A DNA stretch of 64,000 nt, from NCBI GenBank assembly GCA_040285745.1, contig JAUFOR010000008.1, positions 620,001 to 684,000 on the forward strand. Reading direction: 5' to 3'. The notes beneath the pieces are model-generated. The model was given only the letters and a program-made list of their open reading frames with translations. It was not told where the DNA came from and did not search any database. Made by a program: the position numbers and the translations under genes. Numbering within the stretch: position 1 is the stretch's first letter; each line of letters opens with the position of its first letter. Below, one piece after another: positions 28,201 through 38,417 of the stretch. Source of the DNA: Barthelona sp. PCE. Taxonomy: Eukaryota.

Positions 28201-29901
28201 GCAACTATTCAACTTCTAGAAGACAGGAAGCGCACGGATAAGCTATATTCACGCCGTCTTTCAGTGCTTGAGGAGCACATATTTCAACCAACAAGCGTTA
28301 TTGAGTTTTTCAACGAGACGCCTAGTGAGGATAATCTTGACTATTTGGGTGCTATTGGAGAAGTTGTGGAAGAGGAGTACGACACCGTTTCCGAGGGTGA
28401 GCTGAGCACTGATGAAGAGCTAGATCTGTTAAAAGGACGTATTGTCAAGCAGGTTTCTCTTTCTGATCTGTCACTGCCCCAAGCCAAGCTTTTAACACAA
28501 CAGTCGTTTCGAGTTAATGTAGAGAGCGTGGAGAACGCGGAGGACTTTCTGAAGAGGATGCACAGGGCAAACAGACTGGATAAATTTGTATTCGTTGAAA
28601 ATGATTTATGGGAGCATCCCACGATTAATGAATCGTGGGTAGAGATGGTAGAACCCCCACAGCCGGTTGTTATTGTGGACGAGCCAAGTTCATCAGAGGA
28701 AGAGCCGGAGCCTGAGCCTGAGCCTGAAGAAAAGGTTGAAGAAGAAAAGTTCCATGCAATTATGTATGCTGATGAAGCACCGATAGAAAAACAGGCATCG
28801 AGTGCAACATTGGAGATGCAAAGGCTTGAGGAGGAACGCCAGAAGAAACTTGATGATCAGGCAGAATACGCTCAAAAGATGGAAGAGATACTTGAACAAG
28901 AGCGTCTCGAAAAGGAGAAGGAAGACCAACTAACCATTATAACTCTCATCAACGAGCTAACGACGAAGGTGAACTTTGAGATCGCACTTGAATCCAAACT
29001 AAGAGACATGGACGATTCCATTGAATTAGTTTCAGCTCGATCTGAGGTTGATCGTATTGAAGAGTTCGAGAAACAGATGGACTTTGAGATGCCCAGTTAT
29101 CTGTATTCGCGCGTTGGAACTCCTGATATCGAGAGAGGGAGCTTCTTGTTTCGAAGCGACAAAATCTTTGTTGACACACTTGAGAAACGCGAACGTCTGT
29201 TTGATGAAGCTATCAACATCGGTAGAGTGCAGGATAACGTGGATAAGGTGGCATTGATATCACCTTTTGATTTGTCAAAGCTGAAACGCAAAGAATTGAA
29301 CACGGAACCTTCGGCTCGACAGTTAACGTATAGAGATCATCTTGAGCTCAAGTCATCCCGCCAAACTGACGAACTGGATCGTATACAGCGCAAGATAAAT
29401 ACGCGTAAGAAGGTAAAGGTGACAAAAGCAGACGCAGGTAAGGAGAACAACGTTCGTTTTGCGCGTCTTGATTATTCACATATGAAAACGAAGAAGAAGA
29501 CTATTTTTGAGCGCAAATCCGAGGAGTCTAAAGCTCGTGTACGTCAAGCCATTAAGCAGATGCGAAGGCAGTGGCTTGAGGAGGCAGGTAAGGCTTCCAA
29601 TGGATATTTCACAGTTCCACCAGTAGAGAAGGAGGATGGGGCATATCACTTGAAGACAACAAGTCAATTCTTGGAACACGAAGCGGACGATAACGATTCT
29701 GTTGTTAACTTCTCAGGTGGTGTTGTTCCAGATGTTTCATCAATGGAAGACCCTCTTATGAACCACATTGAGGAGTACTCGCACATTGTCAACAAAAAGT
29801 TTGGAGTTACAGATAAAGTGTTTGAAGTTCACGATGTTATGAGTGATTTTAAGGGCGTTTACTTCCCCAATTACACAATTCAATATGCCGGTGAGGATTG
29901 A
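25291..29901 (+). CDS. Large hypothetical coiled-coil / low-complexity protein
   Basis: About 1536 aa from the first ATG; E/K/R-rich heptad regions; no recognisable catalytic domain. Confidence 0.8.
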   Translation: MDSSVKKLRALDSSSTPISRYRPFIPKHKTLSHQRIIKRKNIVDFTDPLAANPKTELIKKGLKLGTRKQPIYVTNLLRNRQRITRSRAYRDHGLRNIPKNVSRKNHNKRPYGSSRMLYNFPNLLISFGHQRTTKELYIDIQKQFEHREREEVLFYETNDGVVKTIEDLRQAGYLNQFKNDSVALFPLSHNVVQDFTVEGQNIHLRHRPPRKPGYAIMRVRKGTGKKASIHVVQKSNSLKEFKQYQQHFRNHSVNSIVREKIRDEIYELMGKHAEILEGSTGLRRYKSSISMNSLQSALKALNVQELASNALRSAPASPRTASALDSSFKAEFEDATMLRSEVGTPLTDWGTGPVTPVEIPMDQEVLFFEEVKEEEVHLPPLHRSVSFSGIGSTLPSVGSMRRSTSLSSHGVGLMQLGAPSFDPIHEITQHSFLLDLDDSLLQSTPGQKDPRQLRPKTPPKLLVLEFESAPAEPSIQLFDVLSMIGQSQPLFEQEKEDEEESHLSEEEPTPPVSRQSTPKQSRQATPQVSKSIFDFITDEELAVLEANEAEMMEIHDVESMMAEKKRRLKDRLRAIEKERQVQLKKEQEKMKKKLEQDEAEEKRKHRLPSFKNVKSRFATPKPKPKQIETEVKKLEVVDSKRERPSSALDEEDDIKSTPKKKKPVKKGENKPKRRKPKKAFSTEEWLKKRKKKPQGRQIKPNNNELLRMLEEEEQRERENKQKELVEEILRKSHSSQSSRTASRQSELLTNRSTMSNASEMFFFDDIPEAEQRPSSVGFKQRKALKSRSDRKPKERRGSMFGLEDDLPPIEEEGGVPDIIEEIEQAALENEEEVQKEKERVEREKRIAEERERKKNQKDLNVKHSTKNNQKVKEMRSQKKERKIMQEMDIWTRKQIKIQQKAEAREKKKMAVLDKYSKRMNIKIVKEQERLERERLRRIKEEHERRLRMEEREQRLMEAADDYSKYREHKDATIQLLEDRKRTDKLYSRRLSVLEEHIFQPTSVIEFFNETPSEDNLDYLGAIGEVVEEEYDTVSEGELSTDEELDLLKGRIVKQVSLSDLSLPQAKLLTQQSFRVNVESVENAEDFLKRMHRANRLDKFVFVENDLWEHPTINESWVEMVEPPQPVVIVDEPSSSEEEPEPEPEPEEKVEEEKFHAIMYADEAPIEKQASSATLEMQRLEEERQKKLDDQAEYAQKMEEILEQERLEKEKEDQLTIITLINELTTKVNFEIALESKLRDMDDSIELVSARSEVDRIEEFEKQMDFEMPSYLYSRVGTPDIERGSFLFRSDKIFVDTLEKRERLFDEAINIGRVQDNVDKVALISPFDLSKLKRKELNTEPSARQLTYRDHLELKSSRQTDELDRIQRKINTRKKVKVTKADAGKENNVRFARLDYSHMKTKKKTIFERKSEESKARVRQAIKQMRRQWLEEAGKASNGYFTVPPVEKEDGAYHLKTTSQFLEHEADDNDSVVNFSGGVVPDVSSMEDPLMNHIEEYSHIVNKKFGVTDKVFEVHDVMSDFKGVYFPNYTIQYAGED

Positions 29902-30031
29902 ACATACTGCATACACTAGTAAAATACAGTAATTTGTTGCATTTGTCGTTCAGCTTTAAAAACCACTCATTGTGGATTTCTATCCTTTCTCATTTATTTT
30001 CATTTATTTATTACTTTAAAGGGGCTATACG

Positions 30032-30751
30032 ATGAGAGTTAAGCGTAAGAAGGAGTTCAGAAAGGTGATGCAGTTCTACCATCAGCTTTTTAAATTTTCA
30101 CAGCCTTACAGGGTGCTTGTTGACGGTACATTTATTCAAGGATGTCTCGACTCGCAGATTATGGTTGAAGATCAACTAAAAAAGATGTTGGGCGACTTCA
30201 AGGCAAAGATTATGATTACAGAATGCTGTTTAAGTGAACTGTCACGTCTTGGTGGATCACTGCGCGGCGCATTTAACATCGCTACATCACTTGAGGTTTG
30301 CGATTGTCATCATCTGGATAAGGATGGGGAGAAATCAGCATCAGAGTGTTTTTTGGACTTGCTGGATTATTCAAACCCTAAGAAATACATTATCTGTTCT
30401 CAAGACCGCCGTTTGCAGCGTATGTGCCGTAAGAAGGTCGGTGTTCCTATTGTTTATCTCGTTAACAACGCACCCGTCATGGAGCAACCAAGTGAGAATA
30501 CGAAGCGTTCTGCTAAGAACCGTGCAATTCGTGCTGCAAACGATGGAAAACTTCCACGCAGGGACAGGGCGACAGGTCCGAAGCGTAAAGAGAAGAATCC
30601 CAATCCTTTGAGCTGCAAAAAGAAAAAGGATAAAACGCCTCAGCATCAACCGAAGAAGAAGCGTGTACGTAGTAGAAATAAGAAAAAGGAGTTTACAGAA
30701 GGTGAATGTACTGCAACAACGGTTGTTAAAGAAAAAGAAAGCACTGATTAA
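30032..30751 (+). CDS. UTP23: rRNA-processing protein UTP23 (PIN domain)
   Basis: MRVKRKK, PYRVLVDGTF, ITECCLSEL, CHH...C Zn site, SQD, GVP, NPNPLSCKKKK. Confidence 0.93.
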   Translation: MRVKRKKEFRKVMQFYHQLFKFSQPYRVLVDGTFIQGCLDSQIMVEDQLKKMLGDFKAKIMITECCLSELSRLGGSLRGAFNIATSLEVCDCHHLDKDGEKSASECFLDLLDYSNPKKYIICSQDRRLQRMCRKKVGVPIVYLVNNAPVMEQPSENTKRSAKNRAIRAANDGKLPRRDRATGPKRKEKNPNPLSCKKKKDKTPQHQPKKKRVRSRNKKKEFTEGECTATTVVKEKESTD

Positions 30752-31271
30752 GGTAATTGTGAAGTCATGATACGAAGGAAATCATCAAAAGTGACAAACT
30801 TTCCATCTGGATCACTAGAGAATTCGGAAATCATTGCTTCAAGCTCGGCCTCGTCTACAGGCTCGTTTAATTCACGGCAAGTTCTCTTTAAATCAGTGAA
30901 GCTAATCTTACCATTTCCTTGTACATCAATAAGGTTGAAAGCTGTTCTAATTTCCTCAACTGGATCTCTCTGGACGATCTTTTCACCCATTACGTTGGAA
31001 AAAGCAGAAAAATCAATCATACCTTCCTCACCATATTCTTCCAAGATGCGAAGAACTTCAGGCTTTGAAGTCTCGAGGCCAAGTGCTCGCATGGCAACCT
31101 AAACGTGAGTTTCATGTGTTAAATAAATAAATATACCTTTAATTCGTGATACCCAAGTCTGTTTGTCTTATCGACATCGAATAGTGTGAATGCTTCGCGG
31201 ATTTCTGTCTGTTGCTCAGAGGTGAGTTCGGTGCGGCGCTTTCTCCTTGTTTGCGTAAGGCTCATAGACAT
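30748..31271 (-). CDS. CETN3: Centrin-3/Cdc31-type centrin; join(31137..31271,30748..31098)
   Basis: ELTSEQQTEIREAFTLFD...YHELK|VAMRALG, RDPVEEIRTAF, GKISF, ELEAMISEF. Confidence 0.88.
31099..31136 (-). other. Spliceosomal intron, 38 nt, phase 0
   Basis: GTATAT...ACTCACGTTTAG splitting the ELK|VAMRALG motif. Confidence 0.92.
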
Positions 31272-31299
31272 TGTAGAAGGATAAAAAACTTGAAACGGA

Positions 31300-31485
31300 T
31301 TATGGAGAGATTTTTGACCTTCGTCTGCTATGTATTCCTCCTTTGAAGCCTGGAAAAACCATGGCGCACACTATTATTCCTTGCAGACTTGTTTTCTGGA
31401 AAATCTTTTCATTTATATGATTTGTAATTTTAACGCGGTTCTCCTGGCCACAGCCTCAATTGCAACAGGCATGAGCGTTAAGAAA
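31300..31485. ncRNA. Structured intergenic element; candidate H/ACA RNA with U17/snR30-like motifs on the + strand
   Basis: GTATTCCTC (31332-31340) and AAACCAT (31356-31362) enclosed by a TGCTAT/ATGGCG stem, then ACA (31368-31370); further stems GTCTGC/GCAGAC and TTAACGC/GCGTTAA. Confidence 0.3.
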
Positions 31486-31618
31486 AAATATAAACTGAAT
31501 AATGCAATGTTTACTACAAAAACTTTCTCCTGAATCATGAATATGGTATCCTTCCCTGTTATTGAGAGAAGGACGATCCCAACTGCAACAAAACCAAACC
31601 ATTAAAGCTCAAAATAGA

Positions 31619-32488
31619 TCAGTCATCCTCACTCACACGTTGCACCTTTCTCAGGTTCTCTTGTCTGATTGCCTCTGCATATGGTGGGTTTATGGGCTCG
31701 GCTACCGGCTGCAACACCATCTCTTCCATCTCTAACTGAAAGGATTTCATAGAATCCCAACCGCTTACATCACCACATGCAACGAATGGAATGAATCTCT
31801 TTCTTGGGTCGTCGTTCGACCACACATCAAAGTCCTCTGGTAGATGGGAGGGAGATAGCGTTAAATCAGGGACATACCATGATGGAGGCCGGAAACCTTG
31901 GCACAATAAAAAAGCTTCGGCACTTGAAGCACGGCTTGAAGTGGGTTTGGTATACAGCACTTTATCGAAGAATATCTTCATCTGTTGAACTAATAAATTG
32001 GAATGGGAGGCCCTAAACACTTTGGTCAAGAAAGTTCCGCCACAGCGTAACAAGAAACTCGCGATATTGAACGCAGCAAGCACAAGTTGCGCCTGTATGT
32101 ATTCGTCCAGATCATGTAATCCAGATACGTCTGGGGCACCATCGCAAACGACAAGATCTGCAAGTTCACCACTGAAAAGCTCAATTATAGACTCAGCAGT
32201 GGACACCTGTGTGATGTCGCCTTGAAGAAAAGTCACACCATCGATGTCAGCAATCTCGTTAAGATCAACTGCCACAAGTCTTCCTTCCGCTGCTGTGGGG
32301 TTAACTCGTTGGGCTAACACTTGCGACCACGATCCAGGTGCAGCACAAAGGTCAACAGCACGTGTTACACCACTGAGAATATCGAATTCATTGTCAATCT
32401 GAAGAAGCTTGAAGGCAGATCGAGCCCTGTATCCCTCTTCTTTTGCTTTTCGATAGAAGATGTCCCTCCTGTCCTTTGAACGGCCCAT
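31619..32488 (-). CDS. TRM7: tRNA (C32/G34) 2'-O-methyltransferase TRM7/FTSJ1
   Basis: MGRSKDRRDIFYRKAKEEGYRARSAFKL, DLCAAPGSWSQ, VCDGAPDVSGLHDLDEY, KPTSSRASSAEAF. Confidence 0.95.
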   Translation of the reverse strand: MGRSKDRRDIFYRKAKEEGYRARSAFKLLQIDNEFDILSGVTRAVDLCAAPGSWSQVLAQRVNPTAAEGRLVAVDLNEIADIDGVTFLQGDITQVSTAESIIELFSGELADLVVCDGAPDVSGLHDLDEYIQAQLVLAAFNIASFLLRCGGTFLTKVFRASHSNLLVQQMKIFFDKVLYTKPTSSRASSAEAFLLCQGFRPPSWYVPDLTLSPSHLPEDFDVWSNDDPRKRFIPFVACGDVSGWDSMKSFQLEMEEMVLQPVAEPINPPYAEAIRQENLRKVQRVSEDD

Positions 32489-32558
32489 TTATCTATAAAT
32501 ACACTGAAAAGAGGTAAAATTTCACTTACGCTTATTCTCTTTCTTTCTGCATTACATA

Positions 32559-34010
32559 ATGGGTGTACGCAGTGTAGGGGCCAGGGGCCAGAAGATTCAG
32601 AGGACAGATTCGTATGAAGAGATCAATAGTGACGAGTATAACTCAGATGAAGATTTTGAGAACAGTGACGCAACTGTCGAAGGCGTACCAGAGGTTAACG
32701 CCGAGACTGCAGCAGAGCAAAGGTTGAGATTAGCAACAGAAGCGATTGGATTTCTTGAACAAGCTAACTTGGACAATGATGATTTCTTCGCAGATACACA
32801 CTTCCACACTGTTACAGACAAGGTTAAGTACCGTATGCAGAAGGAGCAGGGCACTTTATCACGCGATTTTGTTGAGAAACTTCCCGAAGATTTTGAAGTT
32901 TTCCAGTTACGTGGTCATAAGAACTCATGCACAGGTGTCTCGATCGATAATGAGAAAAACGAGGCCTATTCAGTGGGAAAAGACGGTGCAATCACGAAAT
33001 ACTCTCTAAAGTATCCCCCTACAAAGATTAAAACGTTGAAGACAGGTTTGGGATTTTTTACATGTTGTCAGTACTTTGAGGCACTTGAAAGCCTCGTAGT
33101 CGGCGCAGACGACGGTGCAATCTATGTTTTTTCATCGGAGCTGTCAAGCGAAGAGGAGCCAGTGATATTGCCAGTTACTTATACACACAAAAAAAGCATT
33201 ACAGGACTGGCAAAGTGCAAAGACATGCCCTCATATCTGTTTTCTAGCGGTATGGACGGTGTCATGAAAACGTGGGATCTACAGAGTTGCTCGTTCATCG
33301 GTGAGCACTTTGGTCACATAGCTGGTATCACAAACATTGCTTGTCTCAGGACTGAGCAACCAGTGACGGTAGGCGATGACCATATGCTCATGGTATGGAA
33401 GATTGAGAAAGGCACGCATCTAGAGCTGAAGGCGAAGACTCAATACACGCTCGATGCAGTAACAATGCTGTCTGATACAGTGTATGTCGCTGGTGGTCAG
33501 GACGGTGGTCTGTATGTTTTCAACAGGAAGCGAAAGCGTCCCACATGTGTAAGGCTTGGTGCACACAAGATTCGAACTGAGGAACCTGAGACTGAAGAAG
33601 AACAAGCACTGCTTGATATTGAGGGATCTTTATTACCCGATAAGCCGAGTGCTTGCTGGGTTAGCTCACTTTCCAACGTCCCAGGCACAACAAATGCTTT
33701 CTTCAGCGGATCCAATAGTGGAGCTATTAGATTGTGGCACAGAAAACTGAAGAAGAATGGCAAGCCAGGTCTGAAGTGCATTCGTCGCGTACCCGTCAGG
33801 GGTTTCGTGAATGATATGTCTGTCAAGAACGATTCAACAGTGCTAGTAGGCGCCGTAGGAAGAAGTCATCGTCTTGGTGAATGGCAACGGGTACGTAACG
33901 GAGTTAAGAATGGTATTTGTGTTGTTTACTTGGCAGAAAAGGACTATATAACAGGGATGCAAGAAGCTGACATGAAAAAGGAAGAGGAGACAGAGGCAGA
34001 TGATTTCTAA
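32559..34010 (+). CDS. RRP9: U3 snoRNP WD40 protein RRP9/U3-55K
   Basis: ETAAEQRLRLA, WD40 repeats, FGH, RKRP, FSGS, GFVN, AVGRSHRLGEW. Confidence 0.88.
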   Translation: MGVRSVGARGQKIQRTDSYEEINSDEYNSDEDFENSDATVEGVPEVNAETAAEQRLRLATEAIGFLEQANLDNDDFFADTHFHTVTDKVKYRMQKEQGTLSRDFVEKLPEDFEVFQLRGHKNSCTGVSIDNEKNEAYSVGKDGAITKYSLKYPPTKIKTLKTGLGFFTCCQYFEALESLVVGADDGAIYVFSSELSSEEEPVILPVTYTHKKSITGLAKCKDMPSYLFSSGMDGVMKTWDLQSCSFIGEHFGHIAGITNIACLRTEQPVTVGDDHMLMVWKIEKGTHLELKAKTQYTLDAVTMLSDTVYVAGGQDGGLYVFNRKRKRPTCVRLGAHKIRTEEPETEEEQALLDIEGSLLPDKPSACWVSSLSNVPGTTNAFFSGSNSGAIRLWHRKLKKNGKPGLKCIRRVPVRGFVNDMSVKNDSTVLVGAVGRSHRLGEWQRVRNGVKNGICVVYLAEKDYITGMQEADMKKEEETEADDF

Positions 34011-34036
34011 GAAAATCGAAGTAAAATCAAAAGCAA

Positions 34037-34915
34037 CTAGTGGTAAATAATTGACGAAGCTATAAGTTTCGTGATCTCTGGTCGTACATCCTCGCATGTG
34101 GACAGCTTTTCTAGAACTGGTATTATGTTTAGCAATTCGCAATCCGACATGTCCGTCTTCCATGTGTCTATGCCAATTGCATTACTACGGTGCAACATGT
34201 AAGAGACACTGCTATTGTCTAATATGATGACATTCTTCAGCTTGCGTCCCAAAAGAGAGAGATCTTTAACATAATTACTATTAATAAATGAACAAGAATC
34301 CCGAAATAACCTAAACGGAATCTTCTCGTTGTAATCAATTAAATCAATTAGCGGGTCTGCATACTTTGATATGGATGCTGTGAATATCACTACTTCAAAC
34401 ATTTCTGTAACCTTCATAATAAACTCATCAACATACGGTCGTTTACCGACATAAGCCATGAATGTTGTTCCATCTATTACTACAGGTAGGGCATAATCTG
34501 ACCTTGTGTTGGGGGTGGGCATGAACGTAGAATGGATTAACGTCTCATCAAGATCAAGAACTAAAGTTTTCTTATTAACATACTTCTCTGACTGCGGTGG
34601 TAAAAGTAAATGTCTAGAAGTCAAAAGTGGATCAGAGTGGGTCTCAAGCAGTCTCTCTGTTTGATTTGAAGATGAACAACAAAAGATACTACCAAAAAAA
34701 CGAAACATTCGTGTTGTGAAACCCTCTGTTCTTCTTTCAGGAAGCAAAATGTTTGGGTTCATCGCAATACGATTCTCACGTCTGTGATTAACATCATGAA
34801 CCTGAGTTACAATTACACTAGTATCAAGTTCTACATTTCGTTGCTTACTTCCCCATTGTCGACGCTGCGAGTCAGACAAAAATGCTGCAGATGAGCCCTT
34901 GTGTCTTCTTGACAT
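34037..34915 (-). CDS. CTD small phosphatase (SCP/Psr1, NIF domain)
   Basis: KTLVLDLDETLIHS, KRPYVDEF, FTAS, RLFRDSC, YVKDLSLLGR, ILDNS; FCC palmitoylation-like motif; ATG at 34915. Confidence 0.92.
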   Translation of the reverse strand: MSRRHKGSSAAFLSDSQRRQWGSKQRNVELDTSVIVTQVHDVNHRRENRIAMNPNILLPERRTEGFTTRMFRFFGSIFCCSSSNQTERLLETHSDPLLTSRHLLLPPQSEKYVNKKTLVLDLDETLIHSTFMPTPNTRSDYALPVVIDGTTFMAYVGKRPYVDEFIMKVTEMFEVVIFTASISKYADPLIDLIDYNEKIPFRLFRDSCSFINSNYVKDLSLLGRKLKNVIILDNSSVSYMLHRSNAIGIDTWKTDMSDCELLNIIPVLEKLSTCEDVRPEITKLIASSIIYH

Positions 34916-35104
34916 CAAAGAATGCTCAGAAATGTGAGAGAAAATAAAAAACGATTTTTCTATGGTTCTACGTAATATAACATTGTTTTGGTTATTCCAA
35001 AGTACACTGTACGAGCTTCTAGGAAAAAAAAACATTGTGAGCTAGAAAGAAAATACCTGTTTATTAAGATGAGCTTATGGAAGGATAATGCGAATTTTAA
35101 AAAA

Positions 35105-35620
35105 TTACAATTGATTTCGTACATACCACCTCATGAAAGTCGCCCTTGTTATGACTTCTATTGTTTCCGAAGTGTTTTCATCAACCTGTGAAGTGTTGAC
35201 GACTGGATTCATGGGATTATGCTTAGCAGTAATCTCCTCAGCAAGTTCCAGCCACAATAGCTCAAAGAGCAGATTACAATCTTGTTCGGCTGATGATATA
35301 ATGTGTGTTTGATTTATAAGGACCCTGAATTGATCCTCTGTCAGATAACCAATGTTATCAACGTCAAGAAGACCAAAAACGTGAGCCGCCATTGATGCTG
35401 GAGCTTTAAGAACGTCTTTTTGTGCAGCCAAAATCAATTCTTTTAGTTTCTCAAGTGTTACAGATTCAACATTGCCCATAAGCTTTTCAATGCTTTGATA
35501 GTTAAGGGATAATATCTCGCAAATGTGCCTTACTTCAGTAGGATTGACCCCGCCCGGTTGTAAAGGAACGTAGAAGTCGAATAGTTCGTCGATTAACGAA
35601 TTTAGCTTGGTGCTACTCAT
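35105..35620 (-). CDS. Divergent EF-hand protein
   Basis: FGLLDVDNIGYLTEDQF EF-hand in a calmodulin-sized ORF. Confidence 0.6.
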   Translation of the reverse strand: MSSTKLNSLIDELFDFYVPLQPGGVNPTEVRHICEILSLNYQSIEKLMGNVESVTLEKLKELILAAQKDVLKAPASMAAHVFGLLDVDNIGYLTEDQFRVLINQTHIISSAEQDCNLLFELLWLELAEEITAKHNPMNPVVNTSQVDENTSETIEVITRATFMRWYVRNQL

Positions 35621-35737
35621 GTTATGATCGAAATATTTAAAAAAATAAAGTGTGCAATGAAGTGATAGGATGAAAAAACAGCTACGTTTTTATTTATATC
35701 CAATATCTGGTAAATGTGCTCTTAAGTTGCAGCATTG

Positions 35738-36778
35738 TTACATCTCGCCAGTCTTCTCAAGCTTCTCAATGCGCTCAAACAACTCACCTGAAATGCTAGA
35801 TACATCGGCTGCCACGATACCAAAACTATTGTAAGAAGCAACAGAACCAGCTAAATCGGACGAACACACCACAAACACGAAACTATGATCAATTAAGGCA
35901 TCCAATAACGGTTCTTTATCCAACAACATTTGCTTAACTTCATCAGGGAGTTCGTCAATGACAAGGATGCGGTGGAGGTGCTCTGAGCAGCTCATATCCC
36001 TAACTGTTGTGAGGCGTTCAGCTGTAGCAGGCAAAGCAACCATACTGAATGTGGATTTCATTGCAACGCAATGACCCTGGGTATGGGGAATAAATGGGGT
36101 GTGCTCGCGTCCCCTGAGCGGGGTTAGGGTGGCAAGCAGAGCAAGACAATCGCTGCTTAAGGGAGAGCTACGGGATTGATCGTATATCAAACTATCGATA
36201 TAGTCTGGTGTGAAGTTGTACACGCTTGACCACATATTGTGCAGGGGATCTCTGTTTATCTCCTTGAATTGCTCATCAAACTCATTGTATACAGAACCAC
36301 TAAAACACTGGAATGAAACGTTTTTGCACATTTCAATGATTGGTCTGGTTGTGCTGTGCAGACAGATGCGCACGTTTTCGCACTTCTTGAACCGAATTTG
36401 ACCACCACTGACGACAAGAGTACAGTCCTTACATTCTCTGATAAAGATCGGTCCATTGATGGGACCAAAAAAGAAGTTACAGCCCTCACAGGCATCTACG
36501 TTGACGGAGTCGGTACCCCTCGCAAGTACAAAATTGCAATCTGTGCAGTCTTCAACACAAAATTGGTTTCCAGCCGGATCATCTGGTTTCACAAGCACAT
36601 CCTCGTTGGATTTGTTCATGTGGATCGAGTATTTGATCATTTGCTCGCGCGTAGGTTGCGGTTTGTCCTCTTTATCGCTTTCATTCACGGATTGTTGTTG
36701 AGGAACAGCTGTTACAAATTCACCAACGTCAAGTTCCTCATCGTCGGTTGCTGATGTTCTTGAACACAAATTGCCCAT
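35738..36778 (-). CDS. RP2: XRP2/RP2 (TBCC-domain ARL3 GAP)
   Basis: MGNLCS dual-acylation start, GNQFCVEDCTDC, GPINGPIFIREC, QIR, PIIE, NMWSSVYNFTP. Confidence 0.85.
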   Translation of the reverse strand: MGNLCSRTSATDDEELDVGEFVTAVPQQQSVNESDKEDKPQPTREQMIKYSIHMNKSNEDVLVKPDDPAGNQFCVEDCTDCNFVLARGTDSVNVDACEGCNFFFGPINGPIFIRECKDCTLVVSGGQIRFKKCENVRICLHSTTRPIIEMCKNVSFQCFSGSVYNEFDEQFKEINRDPLHNMWSSVYNFTPDYIDSLIYDQSRSSPLSSDCLALLATLTPLRGREHTPFIPHTQGHCVAMKSTFSMVALPATAERLTTVRDMSCSEHLHRILVIDELPDEVKQMLLDKEPLLDALIDHSFVFVVCSSDLAGSVASYNSFGIVAADVSSISGELFERIEKLEKTGEM

Positions 36779-36979
36779 TTAAACGTGCAGAAATATTAAA
36801 TGCAAAGAAGAACGGAAAGAATTGTGATAACAGGTTTGTGTGTTCATGTTGGTCAATTGGACAGCAATGTTCGGTATATCCCACAGGCGTAGCCATATAA
36901 AGAAAGTGTGTTAGAACAGAACTCGTTTTCTCTTTTTCTCTTTTGTACCAATCTATTTTGGGCTTATCTTACCTTTTTC

Positions 36980-37888
36980 ATGCCAAAGCAAGTTGAACTT
37001 CAAGATATAGCTGAATATCCAGCTCTTGAAACGGAACACTCCAATAAGTGGAGTTTTTGTGAGCGTTTTCTTTTTTTTATCGTTGTATTAATTGTGAGCG
37101 CAGCATCTGTCGGTGTTATAAACTGGGTTGAACCCGATGATCAAGTCTTTTGGAAAGTAGTGTCAGTAGTATCAATATCATGCGTCTTGTTATGGTGCTT
37201 TTTGTTTGTTTTTGTTAAGTGTTGGAAATGGAGATTCTGGTTAATGAGTGCCCTAGCCTACCCCATCGTCTACACAGTGTGCTATGAACTTGACTTTAAC
37301 GGTAAAGAGTATCCAGTTTATATTACCGGTGGATTCATCATTGGATACTTCTTCTTGAGTATGAAATCTTTAAATGCCGCCAGTAACATTCTTCTATTTG
37401 CTATTTTCACCACCATTGGTGTTGTTTTGGCCGCTAACATGCATGAGAATGGTGATATTTGGGGTTTTAACAATTGGTCCTTCACCCTCTTAAGTAGTTG
37501 TCTTATTTTTGTTGCTCTGGTTATCCCCCACATCTTTTCCCGTCTTAATTGCGGACGCAGGTTCGCTATAGGCCTGCTTATTATGACTATTCCTCTGGCA
37601 ATGCTTCTTTTCCATCTCCTCCATCAAGAGTATTTATGGGTGGCAATTATGGTTTGTTCCATTCATTTAGGCGTATCGCTCATTTTATTCTACATCGCAA
37701 TTGCATGCTGTTCCGGCTGGAGGGAGGTTAAAAAAACCGATGAAGAGCATCCATTGCGTGAAAGTGCTTCTTCAGGAGGTAAAACATATGTTCTGGTTCC
37801 ACCAACCAGACCAGTCGTCCCTCTAACTATCGTTCAACAGTCTCTCCAAGAGGAAAAGAAGGATGTGAACAAACGTAACTCAGTTTAG
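36980..37888 (+). CDS. Multi-pass membrane protein of unknown function
   Basis: About eight hydrophobic segments; ATG at 36980. Confidence 0.7.
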   Translation: MPKQVELQDIAEYPALETEHSNKWSFCERFLFFIVVLIVSAASVGVINWVEPDDQVFWKVVSVVSISCVLLWCFLFVFVKCWKWRFWLMSALAYPIVYTVCYELDFNGKEYPVYITGGFIIGYFFLSMKSLNAASNILLFAIFTTIGVVLAANMHENGDIWGFNNWSFTLLSSCLIFVALVIPHIFSRLNCGRRFAIGLLIMTIPLAMLLFHLLHQEYLWVAIMVCSIHLGVSLILFYIAIACCSGWREVKKTDEEHPLRESASSGGKTYVLVPPTRPVVPLTIVQQSLQEEKKDVNKRNSV

Positions 37889-38417
37889 TATTAAATATTG
37901 TAAAAGATTTTGGTTAGTAGCATGTTTTTCCATTTGGTTTTTTGATATTCAAGAGAGAAAATAAACGGTGGCACCCTCAATGAATGGACAGTTATGAGCG
38001 CAATACTGTTCAAACCCAAAAGAATGAGCTATTTTGGTAGTTTGTGTCTTTAAGTAATATCAGGTCTTTAAAAAAGCAAGCTTCCATTTTAGAGCTAGTG
38101 CACTCCGATCACAGCTTCATTATATGTTCTATGTGCCGCATTGTTGAGAAATTTGAATAGCTTTTAAATAGCGCTTAGGCGCTTTGATTCCCAAAATAGA
38201 GGGCCCCCAGCACTAATTTAACCCAAAAATCATGGAAGGAAAATGTTTTGTTTATAGTGGTGGTGGACACTCTTGAAGTCATTTTACATACCTCAAAGGC
38301 AATTAACTGGAGTATCAAGTATACCCATGGGTGAAACATAGTAAAATTCAGTATCTTATTATTACAAAGACTTTTATATCCTTTATATATTCGTTTTTTT
38401 ACACGATTTTACATACA

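Noticed and set aside
38087-38098. TTTTAGAGCTAG, resembling the SpCas9 repeat/sgRNA start
   Set aside because: Single 12-nt match in AT-rich eukaryotic intergenic DNA; no array, spacers or cas genes.
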